Source: Kiritimatiellia bacterium
Lineage (GTDB): Bacteria; Verrucomicrobiota; Kiritimatiellia; JAKQHR01
Length of the DNA stretch: 64,000 nt
Assembly: GCA_050178035.1 (NCBI GenBank)
Contig: JBFXGK010000019.1
Coordinates: 54 to 64,053, forward strand
Direction: 5' to 3'
Program-made: the position numbers and the translations under genes
The notes under the pieces: generated by a model
Seen by the model: the letters and a program-made list of their open reading frames with translations, nothing else
What the model was told of the DNA's origin: nothing
The model's database searches: none
Part shown: one piece after another, positions 28,516 through 38,951 of the stretch
How the letters are laid out: each line of letters opens with the position of its first letter
Numbering within the stretch: position 1 is the stretch's first letter

Positions 28516-29346
28516 TCATTCATTTTTCCACCGAAAATCAGCCTTCTGAACAGAAAAGGATTTGCGCATATCAGAACCCGGAACATAAACCGCATATTCC
28601 AACGGCCATTTCTGAAAATATGCACCACTGAGCAGCTTTTCTGCACGACGAAGCAGCGTCAGCAGGCCGCGCGTTCTTTGGGCGCACATCGGTGCGCGCT
28701 TCAGCAGAATCTGAGCTTCCTCTCTTGCGGTATCACTTGCACTGAGATTCTCGCCCGTCATGGTGAATGCGGAGAGATATTTTTGCGCACAGGCCGCTTT
28801 GTACCCCGCCTCAAGAAGGCGCACCGCAAAGTCAGAGTCCCCGTTGGCCCGGAACGATGTGTCAAATCTAAAACCGTCATCAATGATGCGCTTGCGCAGA
28901 AACATCGCGCAACTCAACACGTATAAATGATCCGTAAGGAAATATACCGCCCGCGGACGATAGGCTTTTCGATATGAAATCAGCGAGCCGTCCGGCCTGA
29001 TGAGCAGCGCTCCGCCAAAGAGGATGTCCGTTTTCGGGTGGTCTTTGAAATATTTCTCCACATATGCCAGCGATCCCGGCAAGTACTGCTCGTCGCAGTT
29101 CAAATAGGAAATAATCTCGCCCTTTGCGCGAATGAAACCCTTGTTCACGGCATCATACATGCCATTGTCTTTTTCAATCGCATAGTAAAGTCCCCGCTGC
29201 CCGGCAAGCCACTCGGCAGTTCCATCATTCGAGGCCCCATCCATCACCATGTGTTCGAATTCCACACCATCCTGGTCGCGAACAGAGGCCGCGCAACGCC
29301 GGAGATGGTTCAGCATGTTAAAGCTGGGTGTAACAACAGATATCAT
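28516..29346 (-). CDS. Glycosyltransferase family 2
   Basis: MISVVTPSFN...DGASNDGT (DXD-type) GT-A signature. Confidence 0.8.
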   Translation of the reverse strand: MISVVTPSFNMLNHLRRCAASVRDQDGVEFEHMVMDGASNDGTAEWLAGQRGLYYAIEKDNGMYDAVNKGFIRAKGEIISYLNCDEQYLPGSLAYVEKYFKDHPKTDILFGGALLIRPDGSLISYRKAYRPRAVYFLTDHLYVLSCAMFLRKRIIDDGFRFDTSFRANGDSDFAVRLLEAGYKAACAQKYLSAFTMTGENLSASDTAREEAQILLKRAPMCAQRTRGLLTLLRRAEKLLSGAYFQKWPLEYAVYVPGSDMRKSFSVQKADFRWKNE

Positions 29347-29358
29347 CAGATGTCACAA

Positions 29359-30870
29359 TCATGCATTCAGCCTGATGGCCGCTGGAATCCGGGGTGCGGG
29401 AACGGGAGCAGGCCTCTCGCTCAAGGGCGATTGCCGCCCGTCCGCCCGCACAAGGCCTTCCAGCATAAATGCCCAGAAAAAGAACTGCTCAAAGGAATTA
29501 GTGGCAGAGCCATGGACAAAGATCAGAAGAACCGTGAACGACGCAAAGCCTGAATACAACACCACATATATGTGCCTCAATTGGGGATCGATCCAGTCTT
29601 TCTTTGCTAGCCGGTAATATCGGATATTCCCGAACAGAAGGAATAGGGCCGCGAAAACGGTGCCCGGGAAGCCCATAAGAATGAGCAAGCTTAAAGGCCC
29701 ACTGTGAAAATTCCGCGACACAATGTAGTCTTCATAAGTCGGGTTCTGCTGCCGGTAGGCCGGTATCGCATCCGCGGCCGTAAACGCAAAGCCCTTCCCA
29801 AGCCAAAAATAGTCAGGCACCTCTTTCAGCAGGTGCCGCCACAGCTCGATTCTCCACAACGTGGTGGCTTCGGCGGAGGCTCGGGCCTCGGGATCTATGT
29901 TGGCAAAGGGGATTACGCTCACGGATCGCTGATAATTCAACGGCAGATAGCGCGCGAAGAGCGCAACAAAAAGCACACCCGCCGCCATCAGCACCGTGTA
30001 TCGGTTGATGAACCTTCTCCATCCCAGGCTGAAATCGGAGGAATAGTAGAACACCAGCGTGGCCACGATAAACACAATGGCAATGCGGTGTCCCGATACA
30101 CCCGCAAGAACGAGGGCAAATATCAATATTCCAAGTTTAAGAATCTTCTGAAACAGCGTCTTCCTGGGAAGAAGCAGAAAAAACAGGCAGAACATATATC
30201 CCGTGGTTTGCGCCGGTTGCACACGGATCATTTCCTCATTGGATTCCATTCCCTGGAGCAGTTGAACCGCTCCGTAGTCGGGTTTTATAAACTGGTAGTG
30301 CTGCCAGATGGCGCCGCCGCTCTTTGCATAGATGAGCTGCCCCAGCGGGGGCAGTATGGAAAGAATGCAAAGCCAGTAAATGGATTTTTTCCACTGCCCG
30401 GGTGACAGCTGAACATCGCGGCAGACTACAACAAAGGCGATAATCATCCACAGGCGGACATAGGCCGCACCGCCCCATGTCTGGCCGCCAAGAAAGCGCA
30501 ATCCAAATCCGCGCAACGCAGCAGTATAGAACATGACAAGGGCATATCCAATCATCATGTAGTACACAGAGTTCAGCGCGAATTTCCTCCGCTTGTGAAT
30601 GATTCCCGCCGCGATCATCATGACCGTCATCAAAAATGACAGAAGCAGGTACATGTTGAAGTTCTGGGGGAAGAACGGAAGTGTGATGGTGCTCGCGTAC
30701 AAGGCAATAATGATCATGGCCAGAACCTGCGGACGGTTCAGAAAGAACACTGCCACGGGAAAAAGAACCATTGCGGCCATGACGGGGCTCTGGCCGGGTT
30801 TAAAGCCCACCACGACCGCGATGAAAATCGCGATGATGTAGCCAATAACGATCAGTATCTGGGGTGTCAT
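29359..30870 (-). CDS. Wzy-type O-antigen/EPS polymerase (O-antigen ligase-like membrane protein)
   Basis: 10-12 TM helices with a periplasmic loop carrying a Wzy_C-like region. Low GC. Confidence 0.6.
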   Translation of the reverse strand: MTPQILIVIGYIIAIFIAVVVGFKPGQSPVMAAMVLFPVAVFFLNRPQVLAMIIIALYASTITLPFFPQNFNMYLLLSFLMTVMMIAAGIIHKRRKFALNSVYYMMIGYALVMFYTAALRGFGLRFLGGQTWGGAAYVRLWMIIAFVVVCRDVQLSPGQWKKSIYWLCILSILPPLGQLIYAKSGGAIWQHYQFIKPDYGAVQLLQGMESNEEMIRVQPAQTTGYMFCLFFLLLPRKTLFQKILKLGILIFALVLAGVSGHRIAIVFIVATLVFYYSSDFSLGWRRFINRYTVLMAAGVLFVALFARYLPLNYQRSVSVIPFANIDPEARASAEATTLWRIELWRHLLKEVPDYFWLGKGFAFTAADAIPAYRQQNPTYEDYIVSRNFHSGPLSLLILMGFPGTVFAALFLLFGNIRYYRLAKKDWIDPQLRHIYVVLYSGFASFTVLLIFVHGSATNSFEQFFFWAFMLEGLVRADGRQSPLSERPAPVPAPRIPAAIRLNA

Positions 30871-30918
30871 TTGTTTGTCATGAAAGCATAACGCCTTCCG
30901 GCGTAAAATCTTTTTATA

Positions 30919-32028
30919 TCAAGAGTTCCCGCCCACCTTGCGAATCACTTCCAGCCATGCATGACTCCAGTTCGCCATATTGAAGGATTCCCTGACAATT
31001 CTTTGCTGTTCCCGTGCGGTTTTCTCCCGGCTGTCTAGAACAGAGATAACGGCGGCAGCCAAATCGCCGGGGTCGGGACGGGCCTGCACCGTCGGGAGGT
31101 CGGCCAGGCCGGCAACATTCGTCGATACCACAGCCGTTCCGCAGGACATGCTCTCCAGCGCACTCAGCGATGTTCCCTCCCGGCACAGGGTCGGAATAAG
31201 CGTCAGCGCGGCGGTTGAGTACAGCGCGGGCATGGCTGCATAGGCGGCTGACGGACAAAAATCAACTTTATCCCGGATTCCCAGTTCAACTGCCAGATCG
31301 ATACACTTTTTCAGGTAGCCCTCATGATGCGCCTTGCCCGAGATACAAAGCCGCAAGCCGGCCCGGGACTCAAGAATCTTTCCGAAAGACCGGATCGCCA
31401 GATCAATTCCCCGGTCCTCTGTAATTTGGCGGGGAACCAGGATCACCTTCTCTGCGCCATCACCAGGGGGTTCCGAAACCCTCCTAAAACAAGATGTGTC
31501 CACACAATTGGGAATGAACCAAACATTCGGGAGAATCTCGCGAAACATCTCCGTCGCCGGTTTTATATCTGCGCCCATTGTTCTCAAATAATGAGTATCG
31601 TTTGCGACCAGAGGATTCCGGCTAAATGTCGTCCGGGCGGCACGCTCATGCAGGCGGTCATACCACTGCATATTCTCCATGTGCCATTCGACGCCGTGTG
31701 ACAACACAATCGTCTTGCGGGCAAATTTTTCATGCAGAAGGGCATTCACCGCATAGTGCGCAATGATCACATTGCTCCGTCTGAGAACGGCCTGTTTCGA
31801 CAGATATGCAGACCACATGAACACGAATTCATCTGATCCAGGAACAAGACGATCCAGACCGGGAAGTCGGAGAACCATGATCGTATCTCCGGCGCGCACG
31901 CGCTTCATCGGCTGCATTACGCAGCTCCTGTGTCCCGCCGATTCAAAGACGCGCTGAAGGTTTTGAATATATACCTCCTGCCCGCCCACGATCGGCCGGT
32001 AGTGATAGCTGATCTGCGTGATATTCAT
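30919..32028 (-). CDS. Glycosyltransferase family 4
   Basis: GT-B group-1 motifs (EGTSLSALESMSCGTAVV). Confidence 0.8.
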   Translation of the reverse strand: MNITQISYHYRPIVGGQEVYIQNLQRVFESAGHRSCVMQPMKRVRAGDTIMVLRLPGLDRLVPGSDEFVFMWSAYLSKQAVLRRSNVIIAHYAVNALLHEKFARKTIVLSHGVEWHMENMQWYDRLHERAARTTFSRNPLVANDTHYLRTMGADIKPATEMFREILPNVWFIPNCVDTSCFRRVSEPPGDGAEKVILVPRQITEDRGIDLAIRSFGKILESRAGLRLCISGKAHHEGYLKKCIDLAVELGIRDKVDFCPSAAYAAMPALYSTAALTLIPTLCREGTSLSALESMSCGTAVVSTNVAGLADLPTVQARPDPGDLAAAVISVLDSREKTAREQQRIVRESFNMANWSHAWLEVIRKVGGNS

Positions 32029-32035
32029 GTTTTGT

Positions 32036-33166
32036 CTAATTCAGAATTTGTTCCAGTAAATCCGCGATCTTTTCAGACGCATGGCCATCGCCATAGGGGT
32101 TAACCGCGTGAGACATTTCCCGATAAACGGTCTCATCGCAAAGAAGCCGCTCGGTTTGGTGGAAAATTTCTTCTGTATCTGTTCCAACCAGCCGGGCGGT
32201 CCCGGCATCAATTCCTTCCTGGCGTTCCGTGACCTTTCTCATCACCAGAACGGGCTTGCCCAATGCCGGAGCCTCCTCTTGTATGCCCCCAGAGTCCGTC
32301 AGCACAAGATGGCACCTGTTCATCAGCCAGATCATTGATTCATAATCCACGGGTTCTATCAGGCATATGTTCGGCATGTTCCCAAGAATCCGGTTCACCG
32401 GTTCACGCACCCGCGGATTGAGGTGTACAGGATACACGATCTGAACATCATCATGTTTCTCTGCGATAATTTTCAGCGCGTGACATATCTGATCAAATTC
32501 CTTCCCGAAGCTTTCCCGGCGATGGCCGGTTACAAGAATGATCTTCCGATCCATATCTATTTGAGGGAAACGTTTCGTCATTTCTTCCGGCCGGCGCAAC
32601 TTCAGTTTCTCGCGGCCGCACAAGAGCGCATCAATTACAGTGTTGCCGGTGATATATACATGAGCCGAGATGCCCTCTCCCGCCAGCCGCGCGCGCGCCC
32701 TCTCCGTCGGCGCGAAATGGAAATCCGTCAGGTGACTGATCATAATTCTGTTGATTTCCTCGGGATAGGGCGAATATTTATCCCCGCTCCGGAGGCCCGC
32801 CTCAATATGGCCAACCGGAATCTTCTGGTAAAACGCGGCCAGGGCCGCCGCAAAGGCCGTTGTGGTGTCTCCCTGCACCAGCAGCACATCGGGACGTTCC
32901 CGCAGAAGCACATTCTCAACACCCTTGAGCGCGGCGGACGTTATATCCGTAAGAGTCTGGCCGGGTTTCATGATGTCCAGATCATAATCGGGGCGGATAT
33001 CAAAGAATTCCAGCACCTGATCCAGCATGTGCCGGTGCTGCGCCGTCACGCATATCACCGGCCGGAAACAAGCAGCACGTTTTTGAAGCTCCAGAACCAG
33101 AGGGGCCATCTTAATGGCCTCCGGCCGTGTGCCAAAAACAAACAAAACCTTTTTTGCCGGTATCAT
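32036..33166 (-). CDS. wecB: UDP-N-acetylglucosamine 2-epimerase (non-hydrolysing type)
   Basis: VLFVFGTRPEAIKMAPL, HIEAGLRS and EEINR are hallmark WecB/MnaA motifs. Confidence 0.85.
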   Translation of the reverse strand: MIPAKKVLFVFGTRPEAIKMAPLVLELQKRAACFRPVICVTAQHRHMLDQVLEFFDIRPDYDLDIMKPGQTLTDITSAALKGVENVLLRERPDVLLVQGDTTTAFAAALAAFYQKIPVGHIEAGLRSGDKYSPYPEEINRIMISHLTDFHFAPTERARARLAGEGISAHVYITGNTVIDALLCGREKLKLRRPEEMTKRFPQIDMDRKIILVTGHRRESFGKEFDQICHALKIIAEKHDDVQIVYPVHLNPRVREPVNRILGNMPNICLIEPVDYESMIWLMNRCHLVLTDSGGIQEEAPALGKPVLVMRKVTERQEGIDAGTARLVGTDTEEIFHQTERLLCDETVYREMSHAVNPYGDGHASEKIADLLEQILN

Positions 33167-34177
33167 TTAATCCACCATCCTGAAAATGCGCTCCAGAGGA
33201 AAGCGTTTCGCTTCGGCCACTTCGAATTTTTCGGGCACATTGCCCAGCGCCATGATCATGAATATGTGTTCATGGACGGGAATATTCAGCATCTGCCGGA
33301 TCTCCCGCTCCGCATGGCGGCCGGAGGCCCAGATCAGTGGACAGGACCCAATGCGCATGTAATGGAGGGCGTAAAGCAGGTTCATCGCAAAGATTCCACC
33401 ATCCGTATAGCCTTGGTATCTTTCCGAAATTCCGGAGAATGCCCGGATGCTGTATGTCAGCACGATGGCGCGGTTGATCTGCTCCGTGAAGCCCCGGGTT
33501 CCCCGCTGAAGCTCCATCAGCCGTCGCACCTTGTCGGCCGGAGTCACCGCATAAACCCGAACAGCCTGCCGGTTGCAAACCGACGGCGCGGTCTGAGCCA
33601 TCTCCACGGCGCGGGCCACTGCCGCCATATCCACCGGTTCATCTGTGAAATGCCGAACACTCCTGCGGCTTCTGCAAAACGCGGCAAAATCGCTCGCGGC
33701 GCCTTTAAAATATTCATCCCGCGACATTTTTAATGTTCCGCCCGGCGTCACATTTTCGCGCAGAGCAGCCAGATCCTTCCGGAGCGTCTCCACGGGAACA
33801 CCATGCGCCTCATTGAATTCAATGTAGCGCGCCAGAGCCGAAAGGCCCTCTTCAAATGCCGCGCAGGGCTTGCCGCAAAATTGGCCGTTGTACGCTTTCA
33901 GCAGCGCGATCAGATTTTCAGCCACCTGTCCTCCAAACCCCGGACGCGTATCGCGAAACGACAACCCCTTTTCAAGCACATGATAGGTGGCGGCTATGCG
34001 CGCCTCCAGCAACTCCTCGTTGGAGCACGGATCACCGACTGTAGCGGAATATTTCAGGTAGGACCGCGCATCAGCAAGCGACAGCCCCAAAACCTGCAGA
34101 CCCGACACGGTGTCTCTCAGTAATTTCCGCAAGGCCGGGGGAAGCAACGCACGCATTGTGGACCGAATGCTGTTCAT
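33167..34177 (-). CDS. Nitroreductase-family protein with ~150-aa N-terminal extension
   Basis: C-terminal RRSVRHF...SVCNRQ and LIWASG segments are typical of the nitroreductase/NADH-oxidase fold. Confidence 0.6.
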   Translation of the reverse strand: MNSIRSTMRALLPPALRKLLRDTVSGLQVLGLSLADARSYLKYSATVGDPCSNEELLEARIAATYHVLEKGLSFRDTRPGFGGQVAENLIALLKAYNGQFCGKPCAAFEEGLSALARYIEFNEAHGVPVETLRKDLAALRENVTPGGTLKMSRDEYFKGAASDFAAFCRSRRSVRHFTDEPVDMAAVARAVEMAQTAPSVCNRQAVRVYAVTPADKVRRLMELQRGTRGFTEQINRAIVLTYSIRAFSGISERYQGYTDGGIFAMNLLYALHYMRIGSCPLIWASGRHAEREIRQMLNIPVHEHIFMIMALGNVPEKFEVAEAKRFPLERIFRMVD

Positions 34178-35214
34178 GACGTCATGCTCCTTGTCAAAAA
34201 TTCCCGGGACTGCCTGATCTCGTCTTGAAGCCTCAGATTCACCGCGCTGAAATCGAGCGGTGTCCGAAGCACATCCGCCAGACCGTCCTGTGGCCCGTCG
34301 ACCATACGGGACTGCAGTCCGTAGCGCTGGAGAATGTCCCGAATCTTGTTGGCCCTGTAGGGGGTTCCGATGGCGCAGAAGGGTCTGTTAAAATGCAGCG
34401 AAAACAGCGTCCCATGATACATGCCGGTAAGCACCATGTCCGCTTTTCGCAAATAGCCCAGCCATTCAAACGGCGTTACACATGCGCGATTGATGTCGCA
34501 GTAAGGCGAGTAATATCCAACTGAAATTGTCTTCCTGTTCACTGAACGGGCATACGCCTGCAAATCCCGCCCCTGTTCCCGAGACAGGTGCACCGAATAA
34601 ACGAATATATAATCCTTATCTCGTGGTTCGATCATCTCCTTCTCGAAGGAATAAAGAAAAGTTGGATCCAGTACAATCTGGGCCTCACGGCCGGTCAATT
34701 CTTTCACAAATGCTTTTGTATTGGTATCCCGGACTCCAAAAGCAGAAAACCGGTTCAGCAATTCGGGAAGTTCTCTAGGACAAGGATCACCAACCGTGTC
34801 AGGCCCAAAGCTGGCGGCATAGGAGATCAGCTTCCTGCTGTTCACATGCTTTCCGAAATAGACCGGATCAAAACCGCTCATGGCATTAGTGTAGTTCCAA
34901 ATGGAATCGCTGCCGAATATTACACAATCAAAATGAAGTTTCCCCAGTCGCTTCCCCCGATAGCAGCGCGGGGTCAGCTTCAATTTACGGTAATCATCCC
35001 CAAATGCCGCAAGCTTCCGATAATTCATCCATGTATATGAAGGATATCGACGGGATATCAGGCAGAGGTATTCATTGAGTGTGAACCGCATATTCTTGTA
35101 ATCAATAATCACGTTTTCACAATATTCCGAAAGGAGATAGTTCTGAAGAGCATAGGCCTGAAGAAACGCGCCATAATTGACCGCATTGTGATAGGTCAGT
35201 ATCCCGGTCTTCAT
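34174..35214 (-). CDS. Polysaccharide pyruvyl transferase (CsaB/WcaK/EpsO family)
   Basis: N-terminal GILTYHNAVNYGAFLQAYAL matches PS_pyruv_trans. Confidence 0.75.
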   Translation of the reverse strand: MKTGILTYHNAVNYGAFLQAYALQNYLLSEYCENVIIDYKNMRFTLNEYLCLISRRYPSYTWMNYRKLAAFGDDYRKLKLTPRCYRGKRLGKLHFDCVIFGSDSIWNYTNAMSGFDPVYFGKHVNSRKLISYAASFGPDTVGDPCPRELPELLNRFSAFGVRDTNTKAFVKELTGREAQIVLDPTFLYSFEKEMIEPRDKDYIFVYSVHLSREQGRDLQAYARSVNRKTISVGYYSPYCDINRACVTPFEWLGYLRKADMVLTGMYHGTLFSLHFNRPFCAIGTPYRANKIRDILQRYGLQSRMVDGPQDGLADVLRTPLDFSAVNLRLQDEIRQSREFLTRSMTS

Positions 35215-36383
35215 GCAACTCCCAGAAATTCTTTGAGGATTTCCCGCCAGCGCCGCTCAAAGGCCTCCGGGCTGAACTTCTCAAGTGCAACCTCATGGGT
35301 CCTGCGGCTGTGGTCCTCATGCCAAGCCGGAGGCCGGCCTGCAAAATCAACAACCGTCTTTTCAATCGTCGAAATTGAACAGTCCTCCAAAGTTATGCCA
35401 AAGTCTTCAGTATCAATGCCGCATTCACGACTGATGATGGGAATTAGGCCGGCGCACATGCACAAAGTGACCGCGCCCGGCTGCCCCTCCCCGCTTGAAG
35501 GCATCAGCACGGCCCCGCACACGCCTATCAGTTCGTCAAACAATTTGCCGCCAACATCAACCCAGCCATGTAAATGGATGTTATTTGTCCTGAAGAGTTC
35601 AACCGCATAACATTCGCAGAAATCTTTTTCCCGTTTCAGCGGCGAACAAATGTGGAGTTCATATTCAGGATGCCTTGCAAATATTTCGAGGAGCAGATCC
35701 AGCCCCCTTCGAACGGAGCGCGACGAAGCCAGATACATAAATACTCGCCGCGCGTGTTTAAAATCTCGCTGTGTATTTCTGGTTTCTTCATAACCAGAAT
35801 TATTGAATGGTATTACGCTAGAATTATAGGGTTTATAACCCGATGCGGTAAAACTATTGCCAAAGCATGCAATCATTGAATAGTTGGCCAGGTCATTCGA
35901 AAATACTTCTGCAAAGTCATGTTTCTCAAGCTGGCACTTACGGCGTTCTTCCAGATCCTCATAGCGCTCCTCCAAATTGCGGTTGCCTAGTACCGCCTCC
36001 ATCCCAACGGTGATTCCGAGCTTGGGAACATTAGACGGGAGCAATTTGGCAATACGGATGCCGTTTTGTCCGGTGCCGATAAATGCATCGTAGTGCCGGT
36101 CGGGAACAAACCGGGAATCGGACCAGTCCACGACATCAATGATATATCCCAACTCATCGAGTATCCGCGCAATTTGAAGGTTCTGGCCCCAATTCTGATG
36201 AGCCCGGAACAACGCCCTGTTCTCAGGATCCGCCATAAACGGGCCCGCCAGATACTCGAACAGAAGCCGTTTCTTATAAACCCCTTCTTTACTAAAAACA
36301 TCCCGCAAAACCGGATATCCGGCGTATTTGCGATAAACCAGCCTGAACCGGTTCACTGCCTTATCCATAAAAGTATTCATCAT
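35211..36383 (-). CDS. Hypothetical protein with GT-B-like C-terminal half (putative glycosyltransferase)
   Basis: C-terminal SSGEGQPGAV...AGLIPI resembles the group-1 GT E..G motif. The N-terminal half is unrecognised. Confidence 0.45.
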   Translation of the reverse strand: MMNTFMDKAVNRFRLVYRKYAGYPVLRDVFSKEGVYKKRLLFEYLAGPFMADPENRALFRAHQNWGQNLQIARILDELGYIIDVVDWSDSRFVPDRHYDAFIGTGQNGIRIAKLLPSNVPKLGITVGMEAVLGNRNLEERYEDLEERRKCQLEKHDFAEVFSNDLANYSMIACFGNSFTASGYKPYNSSVIPFNNSGYEETRNTQRDFKHARRVFMYLASSRSVRRGLDLLLEIFARHPEYELHICSPLKREKDFCECYAVELFRTNNIHLHGWVDVGGKLFDELIGVCGAVLMPSSGEGQPGAVTLCMCAGLIPIISRECGIDTEDFGITLEDCSISTIEKTVVDFAGRPPAWHEDHSRRTHEVALEKFSPEAFERRWREILKEFLGVA

Positions 36384-37921
36384 TGCGGAATCAATTTAAA
36401 TCTCTGGCAGGCGGCGCTGACGGCCCAGGCCACAGCCACACCGGCGGCGCTGATCAGGACAGCAGCGGGGGCAAGGGTGAACCAGCTGGTCAGCGCAAGT
36501 TCAAAGAAGAGCTGGAATACATAGGCCACGAAGAAAGGAACTGTCACAGGCAGGAAATAGGTGAACTGCCCCAAAATACTGGAAACATTAAATAGTTTTC
36601 GATCCACATAAACGCGGATGAAAAGCATGAAGGGTATGGTCAGCAGCCAGCAGAGAGCTGCGCCGACGATGCCCATCCTCGGGATCAAAATGAACATGCC
36701 CGAGATAATCACTGGAATGTTAAGATAAGCCATGATGGTCTGAACCTTCACCAACCCCGCGCCCAGCAGAAAGTTGTGGTTGATAATCCCCATCGGGGCC
36801 AGAGCATAGCGGATGCACACAATCTGCAGGACCACAGCCGCCTGCAGAGCGAATTCCGGCCCCATCCAGAGCGTCAGAAACTGGCGGCCGCACAGAAACA
36901 GCGGCAAAATAAAACCCACGGAGATCACGATGATCAGCAGTGTGGATTTCACATAGAGACGGCGCAGGCGTGCATAATCCTTCTGTTCAAACAGACTTGC
37001 GGAAAACGGAAAAAGAAACGCGCTGGCCCGGGCCAGCACTGCATGCACCTGTCGCGCCAACTGCAAGGCCACCGTGTAGTAGGCCACCGCCGAAGGGCCG
37101 ATGTATGATGCAATCAGAAAACGGTCCACATTTGAATTTACAATATTCAGCAGCGACTCCAGCCAGCGGTAGACCCCGAAACCTGTGATTTCCCTAAGCG
37201 AATGCCAGTCCGCGCGGGGAACGGGTGAGAGACCGGATATCAGCACTGCGCGCGCGGTCAGGAATTTTGCAATCCCCCCGAGAAAAAGAATAATCACTGT
37301 CGCCGCTACGACCGCGCGCAATCCATATCCGGCGAGCACTAGCACAATATTCACAAGGATTGTCGCGGCTTGGGTGATGATGGTCACACGTGCGGCCAGG
37401 TCGTAGCGCTCATAGCCGTAAAAAGCGGACTCAAACACGCTGTCGAAAAATCGCGCCAGCAGGCCCAGCGATCCTATTTGAATGGCGGTGGTGGCCAGCG
37501 GGACATCGGCGGGCTCCAGCCTGAATACCCGCCCGCAGAGAAAAGGGGCCAAGAAGACTATAATCACGGCGCCCAGCAGCCCCAGCATGCAGTACATGGC
37601 CAGCGTGGTGGCCATCGTGCGCCTGACCCCCTCGCTGTCACCGCGCGCGCGATACAGCGACACATACTTGACGGTGGCATCCGTCAGGCCGAATTCCATG
37701 ATGCCCCCAAACCCCAGCACGCTGTTCACCAGCATCCAGATACCGAAATGCTGGATGCCCATCCGCGCCACAAATACCGGCGTTGAAAGGAACCAAAGCA
37801 CCGGATAGACCAGATAGGCCGTCAGATTTGAACCCGCATTCAGAACGCCGCGCTGGAAATCAGCCGACCGAGTGCGCGGATCCAGACCTTTTAAGAATAT
37901 TTTCAGATTTTCTGTTGCCAT
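36380..37921 (-). CDS. wzx: Wzx-type oligosaccharide flippase (MOP/PST family)
   Basis: 12-14 TM helices. Start chosen at MATENLK (37921) rather than the track start at 38020. Confidence 0.7.
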   Translation of the reverse strand: MATENLKIFLKGLDPRTRSADFQRGVLNAGSNLTAYLVYPVLWFLSTPVFVARMGIQHFGIWMLVNSVLGFGGIMEFGLTDATVKYVSLYRARGDSEGVRRTMATTLAMYCMLGLLGAVIIVFLAPFLCGRVFRLEPADVPLATTAIQIGSLGLLARFFDSVFESAFYGYERYDLAARVTIITQAATILVNIVLVLAGYGLRAVVAATVIILFLGGIAKFLTARAVLISGLSPVPRADWHSLREITGFGVYRWLESLLNIVNSNVDRFLIASYIGPSAVAYYTVALQLARQVHAVLARASAFLFPFSASLFEQKDYARLRRLYVKSTLLIIVISVGFILPLFLCGRQFLTLWMGPEFALQAAVVLQIVCIRYALAPMGIINHNFLLGAGLVKVQTIMAYLNIPVIISGMFILIPRMGIVGAALCWLLTIPFMLFIRVYVDRKLFNVSSILGQFTYFLPVTVPFFVAYVFQLFFELALTSWFTLAPAAVLISAAGVAVAWAVSAACQRFKLIPQ

Positions 37922-38056
37922 GAAATTATTCCAGACACGACGGCATCCTCGCTTTGGGGGTCGAGCTTCCGCCTTCGCCAGGAAGCTCCGGCGTGACACG
38001 CCGTGGAACCTTCCCGACACGGCGTCGCAGGAGATTCGCCCTCCATAGAGGCGGCT

Positions 38057-38935
38057 TCAGGACTTGCGGCCAATGAAATATACCGTCCGGAGTGTTTCTT
38101 CACGCCCCCTGAACGCGTGTATTCTTTCGTCCGTTTTCTCGAACAGGGGCTCGAAATGCTTCTGAATGAAGTCCTGCAGTATTTTCTGGTCCACCCGCAG
38201 GGGGTGAGCCGCATCATACTTCTCCCTCACGCGCTCGCGGATAACGGAGGCCTCATAAAGCCTGTCATTAAACACAAAGACGCCGCCAGGCTTCAGCACC
38301 CGGAGGAGATTGTCCAGCAGCAGGCGCACATCATAGCAATGCTCTATGACATTTATCATCACCACAAGGTCATAAGTGCAGTCCAGCGGCATTTCTTCGA
38401 TGGGCATATCCAGCATGGCTTTCACGGATATTCCGGGCAGCCAGCGCCTCATTCCCCCGGGCATGGAACGCCACAACACCTTCCGCACATTCCGCGCCAG
38501 TGCGCTGTTTGAAGGACGGTCTTTGACCAGGTTTCCCGAACGATACCGGCACTGAGGATGTGTCAGATATTCCCTGATAAGAGGATCCAGCAGTGTGCAC
38601 TGCCGGATTTCGCATGCGTTCGCTATCAGCCGAAGATTGGTGAACGGGCCGCAGCCCAGTTCGATGGCATGATCAAAAGACAGACCCCTCAGCGTACGGT
38701 AGCCATCAAAGAAGGCCGCATGATCATAATTCCTGTCGTCAGCGGCGCGGAGTCCAAGCTCCATCCAGTGTTTTCTTTCAGCCTTCTGGGCCGTAGTCCA
38801 ACGATTCTTTTCCACTTGGGCAACACCTTCATTCTCGTGAAAATATTTCTCATCGTTCTCCCGCTGCAGCGCTTTCTCCGCCGCCTCACCGGTCAAAATG
38901 TTGACATTGCTGTCGATATGCAGCTTTTCATTCAT
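38057..38935 (-). CDS. Class I SAM-dependent methyltransferase
   Basis: ELGCGPF motif I and a VLKPGGVFVF post-II region. Start chosen at MNEKLH, with a GGAG RBS 10 nt upstream. Confidence 0.7.
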   Translation of the reverse strand: MNEKLHIDSNVNILTGEAAEKALQRENDEKYFHENEGVAQVEKNRWTTAQKAERKHWMELGLRAADDRNYDHAAFFDGYRTLRGLSFDHAIELGCGPFTNLRLIANACEIRQCTLLDPLIREYLTHPQCRYRSGNLVKDRPSNSALARNVRKVLWRSMPGGMRRWLPGISVKAMLDMPIEEMPLDCTYDLVVMINVIEHCYDVRLLLDNLLRVLKPGGVFVFNDRLYEASVIRERVREKYDAAHPLRVDQKILQDFIQKHFEPLFEKTDERIHAFRGREETLRTVYFIGRKS

Positions 38936-38951
38936 GAGCAGAACCACTCCT

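Noticed and set aside
32423-33733. 436-aa + strand ORF across wecB and the nitroreductase-family gene
   Set aside because: Antisense shadow spanning two well-supported - strand genes, with no motifs.
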